Source: Octopus vulgaris (taxonomy: Eukaryota). Taken from it: a stretch of 64,000 nucleotides of DNA. The notes under the pieces were generated by a model. That model was not told where the DNA came from, made no database searches, and saw only the letters and a program-made list of their open reading frames with translations. Shown in pieces: positions 41,390 through 54,446 of this stretch. The DNA lies in the NCBI GenBank assembly GCA_951406725.2, contig OX597839.1, positions 13,764,001-13,828,000 on the forward strand. The letters are read 5' to 3'. The position numbers and the translations under genes are program-made. The number at the start of each line of letters is the position of its first letter. The first letter of the stretch is position 1.

Positions 41390-41755
41390 AATAATAATTA
41401 ATTCGTTTATTGGCCACAAGGGCTAACAAAAATCAATTAAAACATAAAGGGACAAACACAGGACGAAAGTTACAAGGATTTTGTCCGTTTGCAAAAGGGT
41501 CCGTGTACAACGAAATATATGTAATAATTAAAACTCCCAATAGGGGGAGGCGCTTCGAAAGGTTACTCGTGGAAAAAACCCATGAAAGCCACGGGAGCCT
41601 GGTCGAAAGGGGGGTAGAGAGTCCCTTTCTCCTTTTATATTTCCTTTTAATTTTTTACAGGTATATCCTCAGAATTGGTCCGCTCATACTGGCCATTCTA
41701 GCGACATTCACCCACCTTTCAATAAACTTGCTACCAGACAGCACTTCCCTCTCTA
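41390..41755 (-). mobile_element. 3' end of a probable L1/Tx1-clade LINE
   Basis: ORF end VEREVLSGSKFIERWVNVARM..YL*, then a 3' UTR ending gttagcccttgtggccaataaacgaat and (ATT)n; the clade call is tentative. Confidence 0.5.
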
Positions 41756-41924
41756 CGTTGCCGCATTCGTGGATTTTAGAAACACTCGGTATGTGTGGAA
41801 TAGCGGAGAATGTGTGTGCACTGATTAAGAACAGCATGCCTAGTTGGAAAACACGTATTTTCTATAATAACCAGCACTTAGTCGAGTTAACAATCAAAAG
41901 ATGTATCTTCCAGGGAGATTCTTG

Positions 41925-42353
41925 GGATCTTTTCGGTTTGAACGGCAGTTTTTTAAAATAATTTCCACGTAACTAAACACTTTTAAACTTCGTATACTGG
42001 TAGAATGTGTTTATAAAACATCTTTTTCTCTTGGCTTTATTGAGAACACTCTATAGTTTGTAAGATATTTGTTGTTTTTTTTCTTCAATTTCTGCAATTT
42101 CAACCAATCAATGACGTCTATTGAGGTAAACAACATTCTGTGCGGTATGAATATGTCCCTCGTTTAAGAAACAGATTGGGTTTATTTACATTTGTGAAGA
42201 AAAAAAGATACCCTTCTCCCCTAACCCTAACCCTAACTAACCCTAACCCTAGAACAGATTGAAATGCAATAGATCGATACTAGGGTCATAATTATGGGTG
42301 ACAATTTCATATGACACTGCTAGAAAAAACTGCCGTTCAAACCAAAAAGATCC
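41925..42353. mobile_element. MITE family M1
   Basis: TIRs; TSD gattcttg/gactcttg; (CCCTAA)n inside. Confidence 0.92.
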
Positions 42354-42490
42354 GACTCTTGTTCACTTTTATTATTTGTTATAGCCTTGATCCTACTTTT
42401 TGTACTCCTACGCAAAGTCAGCGCTCACTATGAGCTGAGATAGAATGGACCTCGTCTCAACCACCTTCTTTTCATGGATGATTTAAAACT

Positions 42491-42896
42491 CTCTTTTACT
42501 CTCTTTTACTTGTTTCAGTCATTTGACTGCGGCCATGCTGGAGCACCGCCTTTAGTCGAGCAAATCGACCCCGGGACTTATTCTTTGTAAGCCCAGTACT
42601 TATTCTATCGGTCTCTTTTGCCGAACCGCTAAGTTACGGGGACGTAAACACACCAGCATCGGTTGAAAGCAATGCTAGGGGGACAAACACAGACACACAA
42701 ACACACACACATATATATATATATACATATATACGACAGGCTTCTTTCAGTTTCCGTCTACCAAATCCACTCACAAGGCATTGGTCGGCCCGGGGCCATA
42801 GCAGAAGACACTTGCCCAAGATGCCACGCAGTGGGACTGAACCCGGAACCATGTGGTTGGTTAGCAGGCTACTTACCACACAGCCACTCCTGCGCC
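42491..42896 (-). mobile_element. Full-length SINE family A
   Basis: Head GGCGCAGGAGTGGCTGTGTGGTAAG (A box)...GGTTCAGTCCC (B box); TSD taaaact. Confidence 0.95.
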
Positions 42897-43144
42897 TAAA
42901 ACTGTTTGCAAAAATAAACAAAAAAAAACCAGAGGCTAAAATGGAGAGGCTGGTTGAGACTGTGCAGATGTGAAGCAACGATATAGGGATGGAATTCGGT
43001 AAATCGAAGTGTACGGGGTTCACTTTGAAAAGAGCAGATTGTAGGGACATAGAATTGCCAAACGGCGAGAGAATGGAAGACCCGGATGATGATGTGTACA
43101 AGTACATTGGGATCCTGGAGTTGTATAATATCTTGCACAGAGAA

Positions 43145-43353
43145 GGCGGCGAACTGGCAGAATCGTCAGCACGCCGGGCGAAATGCTTTCGTCTGCCGCT
43201 ACGTTCTGAGTTCAAATTCCGCCGGGGTCGACTTTGTCTTTCATCCTTACGGTGTCGATTAAATAAGTACCAGTTACGCACTGGGGTCGATATATTCGAG
43301 TTAATCCGTTTGTCTGTCCTTGTTTGTCCTCTCTGTGTTTAGCCCCTTGTGGG
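43145..43353 (+). mobile_element. SINE family C
   Basis: Head, core and most of the tail. Confidence 0.88.
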
Positions 43354-43471
43354 TACATACACAGACTCACATACACAGACGCACACACACATAAGCACAC
43401 ACACACACACACACACACATTATTAAATGTAGTCACGTGGATTTGTTTCAATCACGGAAGTGTAGAGGTTG

Positions 43472-43520
<49 letters not shown>

Positions 43521-43622
43521 TTTGAAGCGATAAAATTATGTGATATCGTACAACTCTACACTTCCGTGATAGAAACAAATCCACGTGACTACATTTAATA
43601 ATGTGTGTGCATGCGTACGTGT

Positions 43623-43689
<67 letters not shown>

Positions 43690-43694
<5 letters not shown>

Positions 43695-44200
43695 ATATAA
43701 AATCCGTTCTGTGTGTGTGTGTGTGTGTGTGTGTCTTCTAGGATCTCGGGCATCCTCCATCCGATTGCGCTCAAATTTGATATGTAGATACCGACGGTAT
43801 CAGGGAATGTATAAGTCTTGAAAAAATTACAAAAATCGATTCCAGGTGAGAATGCGATCGATAAAGTCGTGGGAACGTGCATTTGTACGCGCAAGTACGC
43901 GCAAGTACATCAGATGTTGCGATCGATACTAAGCGTACGCGAGGAAAATGCACGTGCAGTTTGCGCAAAAAATACCGGCTGGCTTGACACACTGCCACAA
44001 AATGCAGTATATTTAAGAGACCGAAAAAGTAAGACGCAAAAGAGATATTTTCTTCAAACTTGGCATGAAGGAAGGAAAGGCTATTTGGTTTCTCAAGAAG
44101 TTTTTTTGTTTGCCTTAACTTCGTTTAACAAGACCAAAAATTTTATTGAAATAATGGCATGCTTAATTATTTTTTAATGAAAAGAAAACACTGATTGCTT
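43690..44200 (+). mobile_element. Possible non-autonomous Helitron 5' region
   Basis: tataatataaaatccgttc(tg)n..ccgattgcgctcaaatttg resembles invertebrate Helitron 5' ends; no 3' end identified. Confidence 0.4.
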
Positions 44201-44448
44201 TTTATTCAAGGAAGAAAATACTATTTTCTTGCTAATAAATGATTTACCATGTTTGTGTTCTCCCAGTCAACAGCGTTATCATTACTTGTTGCATATTTGT
44301 GTGAATAAAATCATTTTTCTTTGGAATAGAAAAAAGTCTATCTTTATGTCTTCTTTTGCTGGTGTCTCAAATTTAGGTTAAATCAGTGTTTCTCAAAGGG
44401 AAGCCTACTTTTTTAATATCCCTAAACTGAACAATTACCGTATATACA

Positions 44449-44970
44449 CCGTAAATCCTCGAGTATAATCCGCATTTTCCCCCCAAAATTTAAAGACCAA
44501 AATCCCTAGTGCGTACTATATACGAGGTTAAAAATGAAAAATATTTTCTAAGCAATGTCCGAGTCTCTATTTGCTATCCGGCAATGTTTATTCAGACGCA
44601 TTTTGTGATGTCGGGCGCGAAAATGGCTTAAGCTATGCCTGAAAGCAATGAAGTCATAAAAGAATCATCCATAACTTGCAGTAAGCAACATTTATTAAAA
44701 TAAAAATATTCAGAACACAGAATAACTTGTAACAAAATCAATTTGCAAACATATTTACATTCCCATATAACAGTTAAGAACATCACCATTATTGTATTAC
44801 GCATGCGCGGAAGTGTTTGTTCGACTAGTTGCTGCTGGTTTAATTTCCCACGAGTCAAATTAAAGAAGGGGTGCGTATTATACGCAAGGTTTTGGTTTTT
44901 CAGAGGTACAGTCCCCTAAAAATCCCCTGCGTATTATACTCAAGGGCGGACTATACTCGAAGATTTACAG
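44449..44970. mobile_element. Tc1/mariner-superfamily (Tc2-like) MITE
   Basis: TIR ccgtaaatcctcgagtata..ccgc / gcggactatactcgaagatttacag; inverted copy at 61801-62361. Confidence 0.8.
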
Positions 44971-45502
44971 TACTTTCAGGTGTTTTAACACCAAGCACAT
45001 AAAGAATATATTCTCATACAACCAAAACAGCTGACCCACGAACTAACGACACACACACAAGGTGTGTGTGTGTTCGATTTTGTTTATTATTTGTAGAATA
45101 CGGCGAATATATCTAATCGGTGTCGTATTAAAACGAAATATTGCAGAAATGTGCAAAAGATTTAGCTGTCAGGTTCTAGATTTTTAGCTAACATTAAGAC
45201 ATTACTAAGATGGCAAACTGACAGATTCGTTAGTACACCGCAGCAAAATGCTTAGCGGTAGTTTGTCCGTCTTTACGCCCTGTGTTCAAATTCCGCTGTA
45301 GTCTGCTTTGACTACCATTCTTTCGAGGTCGACAAAATAAGCACCAGGTGAACTCTGAGACCAATGTAACCGACTTACCCACTTCTCAGAATCCATTCCT
45401 TCTCCCCTCAAAATTAGTGGCTTTCTGCCCCCAAAATGAGCTCTAATCTCTTCTTTCTGTACAGGGTATTTCTCCTATTTCTCTTTCTGTTTCGTATGTA
45501 TG

Positions 45503-45571
<69 letters not shown>

Positions 45572-45764
45572 GTGTGTGTGTGTATGTGTTTGTGTGTCTG
45601 TGTTTGTCACCCCGCCAACATCACTCACTGTACACACACACACACATACACATAACTGTGCGTGTGGGTGTCTGTTGGTATGAATGTATATATACTTATA
45701 TTTGTTAGCATGTATATAAAAATGTGTGTATGTACGCCTGTGTATGTTTGTGTGTGTATATATA

Positions 45765-46326
45765 TTACCTTTCATCCTTTCGGGGTCGATAAATTAAGTA
45801 CCAGTTACGCACTGGGGTCGATGTAATCGACTTAATACCTTTGTCTGTCCTTGTTTGTCCCCTCTGTGTTTAGCCCCTTGTGGGTAGTAAAGAAATATAC
45901 ATATATATGTACGCGTAGAAGTGACTGTGGTAAGTAGCTTGCTTACCAACCACATGGTTCCGGGTTCAGTCCCACTGCGTGGCACCTTGGGCAAGTGTCT
46001 TCTACTATAGCCTTAGGCCGATCAAAGCCTTGTGAGTTGATTTGGTAGAGGGAAACTGAAAGAAGCCCGTCGTATGTATGCATATATATATATATGTATG
46101 TGTGTGTATGTGTTTGTGTGTCTGTGTTTGTTGAACCCCCCCAACATCGCTTGACAACCGATGCTGGTGTGTTTACGTCCCCGTAACTTAGCGGTTCGGC
46201 AAAAGGGACCGATAGAAAGATGACTAGGCTTACAAAGAATAAGTCCTGTGGTAGATTTGCTCGACCAAAGGCGGTGCTGCGGCATGGCCACAGTCAAATG
46301 ACTGAAACAAGTAAATGAGTAAAAGA

Positions 46327-46327
<1 letters not shown>
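45765..46327 (+). mobile_element. 5'-truncated SINE C followed by SINE A
   Basis: Family C core and tail at 45765-45898; family A at 45915-46327. Confidence 0.85.
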
Positions 46328-46381
<54 letters not shown>

Positions 46382-46527
46382 AAAAGCAATAAAGATTCAA
46401 GTTAATTTAAATGAATTTACTTGAATATGGTACCTAACTTAGATGCACCAAAAAAAACTATACTGATTTAACAATACAGTAATGTGGGGTGATTATAAGC
46501 GAGAATGAAGCAACAAGAATGGATAGG

Positions 46528-46619
46528 TTTTTAGTACAATCGTTTCATACAAGGACAGGTTTTATTAAAAGTTGCAAAAATTACAGCATATAAACGTGTC
46601 CCGTACTCATCAGCTAAAA
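46528..46619 (-). ncRNA. Type-I hammerhead ribozyme with extended stem II
   Basis: Minus strand: ttttag-CTGATGA-gtacgggaca...tgtccttgtat-GAAA-cgattg-TA^ctaaaa. Confidence 0.85.
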
Positions 46620-46817
46620 TACATGTGAGTTCTCTAGACATCCTAGTGGTTGAGGCTATACTCATGAAGTAATGTAGATAATTAAGTAACATAAACAGAT
46701 TTCAAAAGTTCTCTGTGATGCTATTAAGACTTTTTTTAAATTCTGTGATAAGACTGTACATCATCTTTAAAGAACTTTAATGAACTTTTGAAATCTGTTT
46801 ATGTTACTTAATTATCT

Positions 46818-46916
<99 letters not shown>

Positions 46917-46954
46917 TGACTAAACCTATCCATTCTTGTTGCTTCATTCTCGCG

Positions 46955-46988
<34 letters not shown>

Positions 46989-47322
46989 TAGGCTTGGCAA
47001 TGCAAACAGGAAAATTGAACTTAATACAACTGTACATACACGTTTTTATCAATCATCGGCAGAAGGTGCCGAGTGATGACTAAAGGTCCGACAGTTTCGT
47101 GATTTGTTAAGTCAAGTGCATGAAACTCTCAGCTGTTGATTCACACAGTAGCTCTGTCAGTTATTAACCAAAAAACGTGGCCTGAAATTCTAATGACTTT
47201 TGGACAATAACGACAAGGGGAGAGCATGTCCATATCTTGCGAGTAAATTTTCCGTTTGTTACTTTGTCATTCTTTAGATCAATTTTTGCCTATACAGACG
47301 CACACGCACGCACACACACACG

Positions 47323-47433
<111 letters not shown>

Positions 47434-47629
47434 TCAGTTGTTTATTATTAGATGCAAATTACAGTAACACACTGCATCAAGAAATGTGATACTATAACCT
47501 TCAGCAAATAATAAACAAAAAAATTACATCGCATTCTGCAGACAAGCACTGAGTCTAATCTAGATGTATGATTGTTCCAAATTCATATACATTCATAAGT
47601 ACATCTATTTGTGTGTGTGTGTGTGTGTG

Positions 47630-47687
<58 letters not shown>

Positions 47688-47831
47688 CACATATTTACAT
47701 AAATCCACACACATGCACATATATATGTGTAAGTATATCCATAGCAATATCTACGTCTATATTTACTTATCTATCTATCAATCTATCTATCTATCTATAT
47801 ATCTATCCATATCTATCTATCACACACTCAA

Positions 47832-47924
<93 letters not shown>

Positions 47925-47945
47925 ATATATATGTATATATATATG

Positions 47946-48153
<208 letters not shown>

Positions 48154-48536
48154 TATTTATTTATTTATTTATGTATATATGTATTCAGGTAGGTGCTGTT
48201 GTACTGACTGGCGTGTGCAAACAAATGATTATCAATGAACTGGATTTTGCCTCTTGGCTGGAGAAAGTAAACAGCCTTATGACTGTTAGGGTGTGGGACA
48301 TTTTAGGTGAGCACCATTCAATACCACATTCCACATACCTAAACTAAGACAAGTTTTGACATTGGTCTATTTCAGTTATTTCCCTTCGTATATGATATTG
48401 TTAGCACTCTCTCCCTCTCTCTCCCTCTCTCTCACTTTCTTTCACTCTCTGTTTGCTTTATGCACATGTTTGATGGTGCTTGGTTAGTAACCCCAGAGGT
48501 GTCATTGTACGCAGAGCTTTCTCAGTCTGTCTGTCT

Positions 48537-48568
<32 letters not shown>

Positions 48569-48570
<2 letters not shown>

Positions 48571-48855
48571 AGGCGCAATGGCCCAGTGGCTAGGGGAGCG
48601 GACTCGCGGTCGTAGGATCGCTGTTCCGATTCCCAGACCGGGCGTTGTGTGTGTTTATTGAGCGAAAACATCTAAAAGCTCCACGAGGCTCCGGCAGGGG
48701 GTGGTGATCTCTGCTGTACTCTATAACCACTCTTTCTCCCACTCTTTCTTCTGTTGGCCTGCTCGCTTAGCCAGCGGGGTGGCGTCATTCGAAGGCTAAA
48801 ACAATGCGACCAGCGATGTGTAACATCTGATGGTCTGGTCGGTCACATGATGATG
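48569..48855 (+). mobile_element. SINE family B, tail type 1
   Basis: Match to 16881-17158. Confidence 0.88.
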
Positions 48856-48873
48856 ATATATATATATATATAT

Positions 48874-49274
48874 AGGCGCAGGAGTGGATGTGTGGTAAAT
48901 AGCTTGCTTACCATCAACATGGTTCCGGGTTCAGTCCCACTGTAGGACACCTTGGGCAAGTGTCTTCTACTATAGCCTCGGGCCGAACGAAGCCTTGTAA
49001 GTAGATTTGGTAGAAGGAAACTGAAAGAAGCCCGTAGTACATATGTATATGTATAAATATGTGCGTGTGTTTGTGTTTGTGTCCACCCCCACCCCCACAA
49101 CATCATTTGACAATCGATGCTAGTGTGTTTACGTCCCCGTCACTTAGCGGTTCGGCAAAAGAGACCGACAGAACAAATACTAGGCTTACAAAGTCCTGGG
49201 GTCGATTTCCTCGATTAAAGGCAATGCTCCAGCATGGCCGAAGTCAAATGACTGAAACAAGTAAAAGAATAAAA

Positions 49275-49275
<1 letters not shown>
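48874..49275 (+). mobile_element. Full-length SINE family A
   Basis: Head-to-tail match. Confidence 0.9.
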
Positions 49276-49315
<40 letters not shown>

Positions 49316-49317
49316 GG

Positions 49318-51712
49318 TAGTTAGTTAGTTAATTTTTTGGCTCAAAAAGCAAAAAGCAAGGCCATGTAGGGGTACATGAAGTTATGTACAGGGTGGTGTT
49401 CAGGTAAAGAGTTCAGGCCACTTGTGGTCAAGGGAGACTTTGAACCGAGCGGTCGTCGGCATCTTCACCATCTCGTCTGGCAGCTTATTCCACGGATCCG
49501 CAAACCGGACGGATAAAGCCCCTCTCCTTCGATTGAGATGAAATCGTCGCAGATAGAGCTTTTCGGAATGACCTCGCAGCCGACGCTCTGGAGCAGGAGT
49601 GAAGAACAGGTCTTTCGAGAGGTTACACTTTCCGCTTATGATGTTGTGAGCAAGAATGAGATCACCACGGCGTCGTCGTTTTTCTAGAGAATAAAGGTCA
49701 AGCGTCTTCAGCCTTTCTTCATAAGACAAATTCTTGAGACCAAGAACCATGCGGGTAGCCAGCTTCTGGACTCTTTCGAGATGCTTGTATGTCTTTGAGG
49801 AGATAAGGAGAAGAGGCTTGAATCCCGTACTCCAATATGGGTCTCACCAGCGTGACATAGAGCGGTAGGAATATGGCTGCTGTGAGCATTCCGAATGACC
49901 GTCGAATCAAGAATAGAACTCCGCGTGCTTTGTTGGCAGCATGGATGCACTGGGCCGAAGGCGAAAAGGAGGAATCCACCAAGATACCCAGGTCCTTTAC
50001 CTGGTCGGTCCTCTCCAGCAGCAGACGACCCCGCTCGAAATCAAGTTGAGTTGCAGGAGGAGAGCCAACAGGCAGATGACAGCACTTTGACACGTTCAGA
50101 CACAGGTCCCATTCGTTAGATCATCTCCAAATTTGGTGGAGGCATCGACGAAGATCCTCTATATCACCGCGGGGAGCGACCAGTTTGACATCGTCGGCAA
50201 ATAGAAGGATGTGTTGCGTGAGGTCGTCGAGCAAGTCATTTATGAAGACTAAGAACAATAAGGGCCCAAGCACTGAACCTTGAGGCACGCCACTGCTCGC
50301 ACTGGAGACGTCGGACAGCGAACCATTAACTTGGACTTGGAAGGAGCGATCTGAGAGGAAGGCACCAACCCATCGTACAATATCCGGATGGAAACTATAT
50401 GCTTGAAGCTTGACAAGTAATAGGCGGTGGTTTACCGAGTCAAAAGCTTTGGCAAAGTCCAATAAAACGATGTCAACAGCATCACTATCATCGAGGATGC
50501 GCGTCACCAATTCTTCCATTACCAGTAAGTTGGTCAAGCATGATCTCTTCGGCACGAAGCCGTGTTGGGAATCAGAGATAGAGGCTGCGTTTTGCAGGTG
50601 GAGCATCATACTTTTCTTAAGGATGGTTTCGAACATCTTGCTGATTATCGAAGTAAGGGAAACCGGTCGGTAGTTAAGCGGGTCTTCGCGGCTCCCTTTC
50701 TTGAAAATTGGGCAGATTATCGCTGTTCTCCAGTCCACAGGTATAACACCCGTCGCCAATGACATATTGAATAGACGTGTTAAGGGCTCGCAGATGACCG
50801 GAGCCAACGCTTTGATAACCCGTGGGTGTATGCCGTCAGGGCCGTGACCCTTGTTGACATCGAGGCCTTGAATAACGCGTTCGACTTCGTCCTGCGTGAT
50901 GACCAATCGAAGCATTGGAGGTACCGATCTATCAAATGGAGGGGGTTCACGACCATCATCTTGTTTGAAAATAGTTGAAAAAGCCTCAGCAAATAAATGA
51001 CTCTGTTGATAAGGGTCCTCAATCGATACGTCTGTTGAGTCTACCAACGTTGCAATTTGGTTGTTCAAGCGGGAATTCCGTTGGACATGGGCAAAGAAGG
51101 TTTTTGGATTGCGACTGGCGTTCGCCGCGATTCTGTATTCATATCCGAAACGTTCTTCCTTTTCAATTTGCACGGCTCGGTCTCGTTGAGTTTTGTACAT
51201 CTCAAAAGCTGCAGTCGAATCTAGATTTTTGAATTCAGCCCAAGCAATATCTCTGAGTCGAAGTTCTCGTTTAACCTTCTTCGTCACCCAGGGCTTGTGT
51301 TTCTTTTTCTTGGGAAGCCCAACGGGAACTGCTTGGTCAGTCAACCAGATTACATATGCTTTGAGGGACGACCATAGTTCGTCAACTGAGGACAACGTCA
51401 TCAGGGATCGCCAGTCCAGAAGCGCGAAGCCTCGGTTAGAATTTCAAGATTAATTGCAGAGAAGACTCTACGTGGCAGCGAAGTAGTCGTGGGCGTAGAA
51501 AAAGTTGTGTGCATGACGAACTTCAGGACCGCATGATCACTCTTGGCAAGAGGAGCGCACACAGATAAGCCTGACACTGATCTTGGATAGCGGGAGAATA
51601 CCAGATCCAGCATAGATGGCTGCTGCCCAGGCCGATGCCTTGTCGGATATTCGACATGTTGCGATAGAAAACAATCTTCAGCCACGTCAAGAAGGGCCTG
51701 GCCGAACCGGGA
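49318..51712 (-). mobile_element. 5'-truncated CR1/L2-group LINE, a distinct family with a (TAAC)n tail
   Basis: APE end (LDLVF, SDH); RT 50121-51401 (NYRPVSL, LDFAKAFD, GVPQGSVLGP, FADD); C-terminus RLRGH..WNKLP; stops and frameshifts. Confidence 0.93.
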
Positions 51713-51953
51713 AGATGATGTACAAATTGATGCGGGCCAAAAGAAAACTTTACCGTTATTAATGATAATAATAACGTGGCTAGTAAGTTCACACCTTTAC
51801 AGGTAAAATATAATCTAAATTTAGATTCAGTAGGGTATTTGAATACCACTTGCTATAATTGGAGCCGTGGGCACTGTAATGAACATAGGAGAAACAGGCT
51901 TACTTTGCGCGTGGAATACATAAGTAAGGAATGTTTATTTCAATATCAATTGA

Positions 51954-52125
51954 CTAGCAGTATCGCCTGGCGTTGCTCGGGTTTTCGACCCTTTAGAATT
52001 GGAATTTTTGAAAAGTAAAAAGTTTGCATTATGTAGCTTGTTATTCTCTTTAAGTGAACATTTTTCTGGTTGAAATACACCGAAAAATGGCGACACAGCA
52101 GTCAAAAAATCGTTAAAAAATAGGG
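51954..52125 (-). mobile_element. Helitron 3' end
   Basis: Minus strand cccgagcaacgccaggcgatactgCTAG|t, nearly identical to the Helitron terminus at 2352-2381. Confidence 0.75.
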
Positions 52126-52231
52126 TTTACCACATACCGAAGTTTAGAAATAGCAGCTAAGGTTCTTTGGCTGCTATTTCTAAACTTCGGTATGTGGTAA
52201 AAGCAAATCTTTGCTGAACCCTAATTATAAA

Positions 52232-52285
<54 letters not shown>

Positions 52286-52345
52286 TGTAAAAAATGAAGT
52301 TCGAAAATGCTGCTGTATTATACAATTTTTAATTTTTATATATAC

Positions 52346-52390
52346 ATTATAACATGTTTCAGTTCCTGAAATGAACCTTATCAAAAAAAG
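52346..52390 (-). ncRNA. Hammerhead-like motif, U3:A8 core variant
   Basis: Minus strand: TTGATAA-ggttc(atttcag)gaact-GAAA-catg-TT^; stem I weak. Confidence 0.6.
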
Positions 52391-52759
52391 TTATATATAA
52401 AAAAAGACAGCTCATGCCGTCAAACACAAGAAATTCATTTATAATACACAACGGAGTCAGACATCTTAGAGTTCATGTATAGTTGATATATAGTTCATGT
52501 ATAGTTGATATATAGTTTGAAGTATATGTTCAAAGTGTTCGATGCAGTGGCCCACGGTGGCGATACGTATTCAATACAAAAAACAGATCAAAGTGGTGGA
52601 AAGCGGTCAATACAGAAGATTGATGTTTCCGAAAGAGCGAGGAATTCATTTTTACCTTAAGCAATTGTGATGACCCATGGTGGAAGTTCGCTGGGTGGTT
52701 CTAGTGAGTTTTTGTGAAATGCTCGGTTTTATAATGCCTGTTAGGTGGTCAATCTAGCG

Positions 52760-53200
52760 TAGCGTGACGTCATCAATGTTTTGACCAATCGTTTCGTTAG
52801 GTGGCTTTAATCAAGTAGAACGGGACGTTATCATTATTTTGACCAATCGCTGCATTATAACTCCCTCTTGTTTGTTTCCTGTTTTGACCAGTCGCTTCGT
52901 TAGTCAAGTAGAACGGGACGTCATCATTATTTTGACCAATCGCTGCATTATATCTGCCTCTTGTTTGTTTCCTGTTTTGACCAGTCGCTTCGTTAGTCAA
53001 GCAGAGCGGGACGTCATCCAGATTCTGCCCAATCACGACTTATAGCTACATTAGATCTGCCCCCTGTCTGTACTTGTTAGGTGACTATTCAAGCAGAAAA
53101 GGACGTCATCAATATTCTGACTAATGACTGTCCCCTGTTTGTATCCTGTCCATTCTAGCAGAGCTAGACGTCATCAACTTGTTGACTAATCAGAATCGGG
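52760..53200. repeat. ~93-bp tandem repeat carrying GACGTCA and CCAAT motifs
   Basis: agtagaacgggacgt at ~52814 and ~52907, a variant at ~53000, and degenerate flanking units. Confidence 0.85.
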
Positions 53201-53592
53201 TCTGACCCTTAGCTGTATCGTGTGTATCAGGGTCAGATTTGCACGAAAGAATTTTTTTCCTTTTTTACTAAGGCATATTTCCGTCAGAGTGAGTGTCTGT
53301 TTGAAGTAGCGGCCGTGGTGAAATTTGGTTCTCCTTTTCGGAGGACTTATCTTTTGTTTTAGTATTCCTGGACCAGGGTGTTTAAACTTGGTCTAAATTT
53401 TTTTATGAAATATAGTTCTTTATTTTGGCGTTGTGTGAAGGTTGCGTTGTCACTGAATTTATAGAGCGGGTTAGTTGTAAATTTCGGATTTACATTTCCA
53501 GCACATCTATCTATGTGTCCGCTGACCGGTATTTTGCGGTAATCAGGGTTTCTAATTTGTGATTTATGCACCGCCATATAAATATATATATT

Positions 53593-53679
<87 letters not shown>

Positions 53680-54366
53680 TATATAAATATATGCATATAT
53701 ACATATATGTAGATACCTGCATATATATGTATATATACATGTATATATGGGTACAGGACATCAAAAAATGTTGAACACAATGAGAAACGAAAACATAAAA
53801 ACAAAAACATAGAAAACGATCTTTTTTTCGAACAAAGAGAAAACAAACAGAGAAACGAGACATGCCACATAAAGAATATTCCCCTTCGTCAGTTGTCCCT
53901 GTTTCAATCTACTCCTCGATACGAAGGCAAGGACAATACGCGACTTCGTTGAAATAGTCTTTCCCGCAAAGGAACTTAACTAAAATTTGGGATTTTTTTG
54001 CTCGACTAGAGGCAGTGATCCAGCATGGCCGCAGTCAAATGACTGAAACAAATAAAAGAAACAAAGAATACTTATACATTTGTACTTTGCTCTTTCCTTC
54101 ACTCGTCCGATTTTGCTATCTTATCTCTTCCCTTTTCTTAATTGTTTTATGACCCCTCTTTACTTACCACACTATTATAAATTATCTCCTACAACCCACT
54201 CCAGTCTCCCCTTGATCTAGTCTAACTGATATCAAATTACACACTCTCAAGAACTACATTCTCAACGGCCAAAATAGTCGGTCATTCTCACTTTCATGCT
54301 TAGCCTCGACACACACTTTTTCTTTTATATTTTTTTAATATCCTTTTGTTTTGTAAAATTACTTCT

Positions 54367-54446
54367 CATCTGATGATTACGGTCTTTCATAATGATGTAA
54401 TGTTCTTCTTTTTCTATTAAAAGTCGCGTAAGAAACAGCTGTAATG
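54367..54446 (+). ncRNA. Type-I hammerhead ribozyme
   Basis: cat-CTGATGA-ttacg...cgtaa-GAAA-cagctg-TA^atg. Confidence 0.8.

Larger units (their letters stand above)
41757..43138 (+). pseudogene. RLE-type (R4/Dong-like) RT fragment split by a MITE and a SINE
   Basis: LPHSWI..IKRCIFQGDS | LNHLLFMDDLKL | FAK..IGMEFGKSKC..YKYIGILE reads through once the insertions are removed. Confidence 0.85.
52280..53572 (-). mobile_element. Penelope-like element 3' portion (GIY-YIG C-terminus, long 3' region, hammerhead-like motif)
   Basis: [39 protein letters not shown] parallels the end of the GIY-YIG in ORF 56019-57125; flanked by (TA)n. Confidence 0.8.

Noticed and set aside
41410-41961. 183-aa ORF as a single gene
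   Set aside because: Chance fusion of an antisense LINE tail, an RT fragment and a MITE TIR
47072-47186. C/D-box snoRNA (GTGATGA...CTGA)
   Set aside because: No terminal stem and no recognisable guide; such boxes are expected by chance
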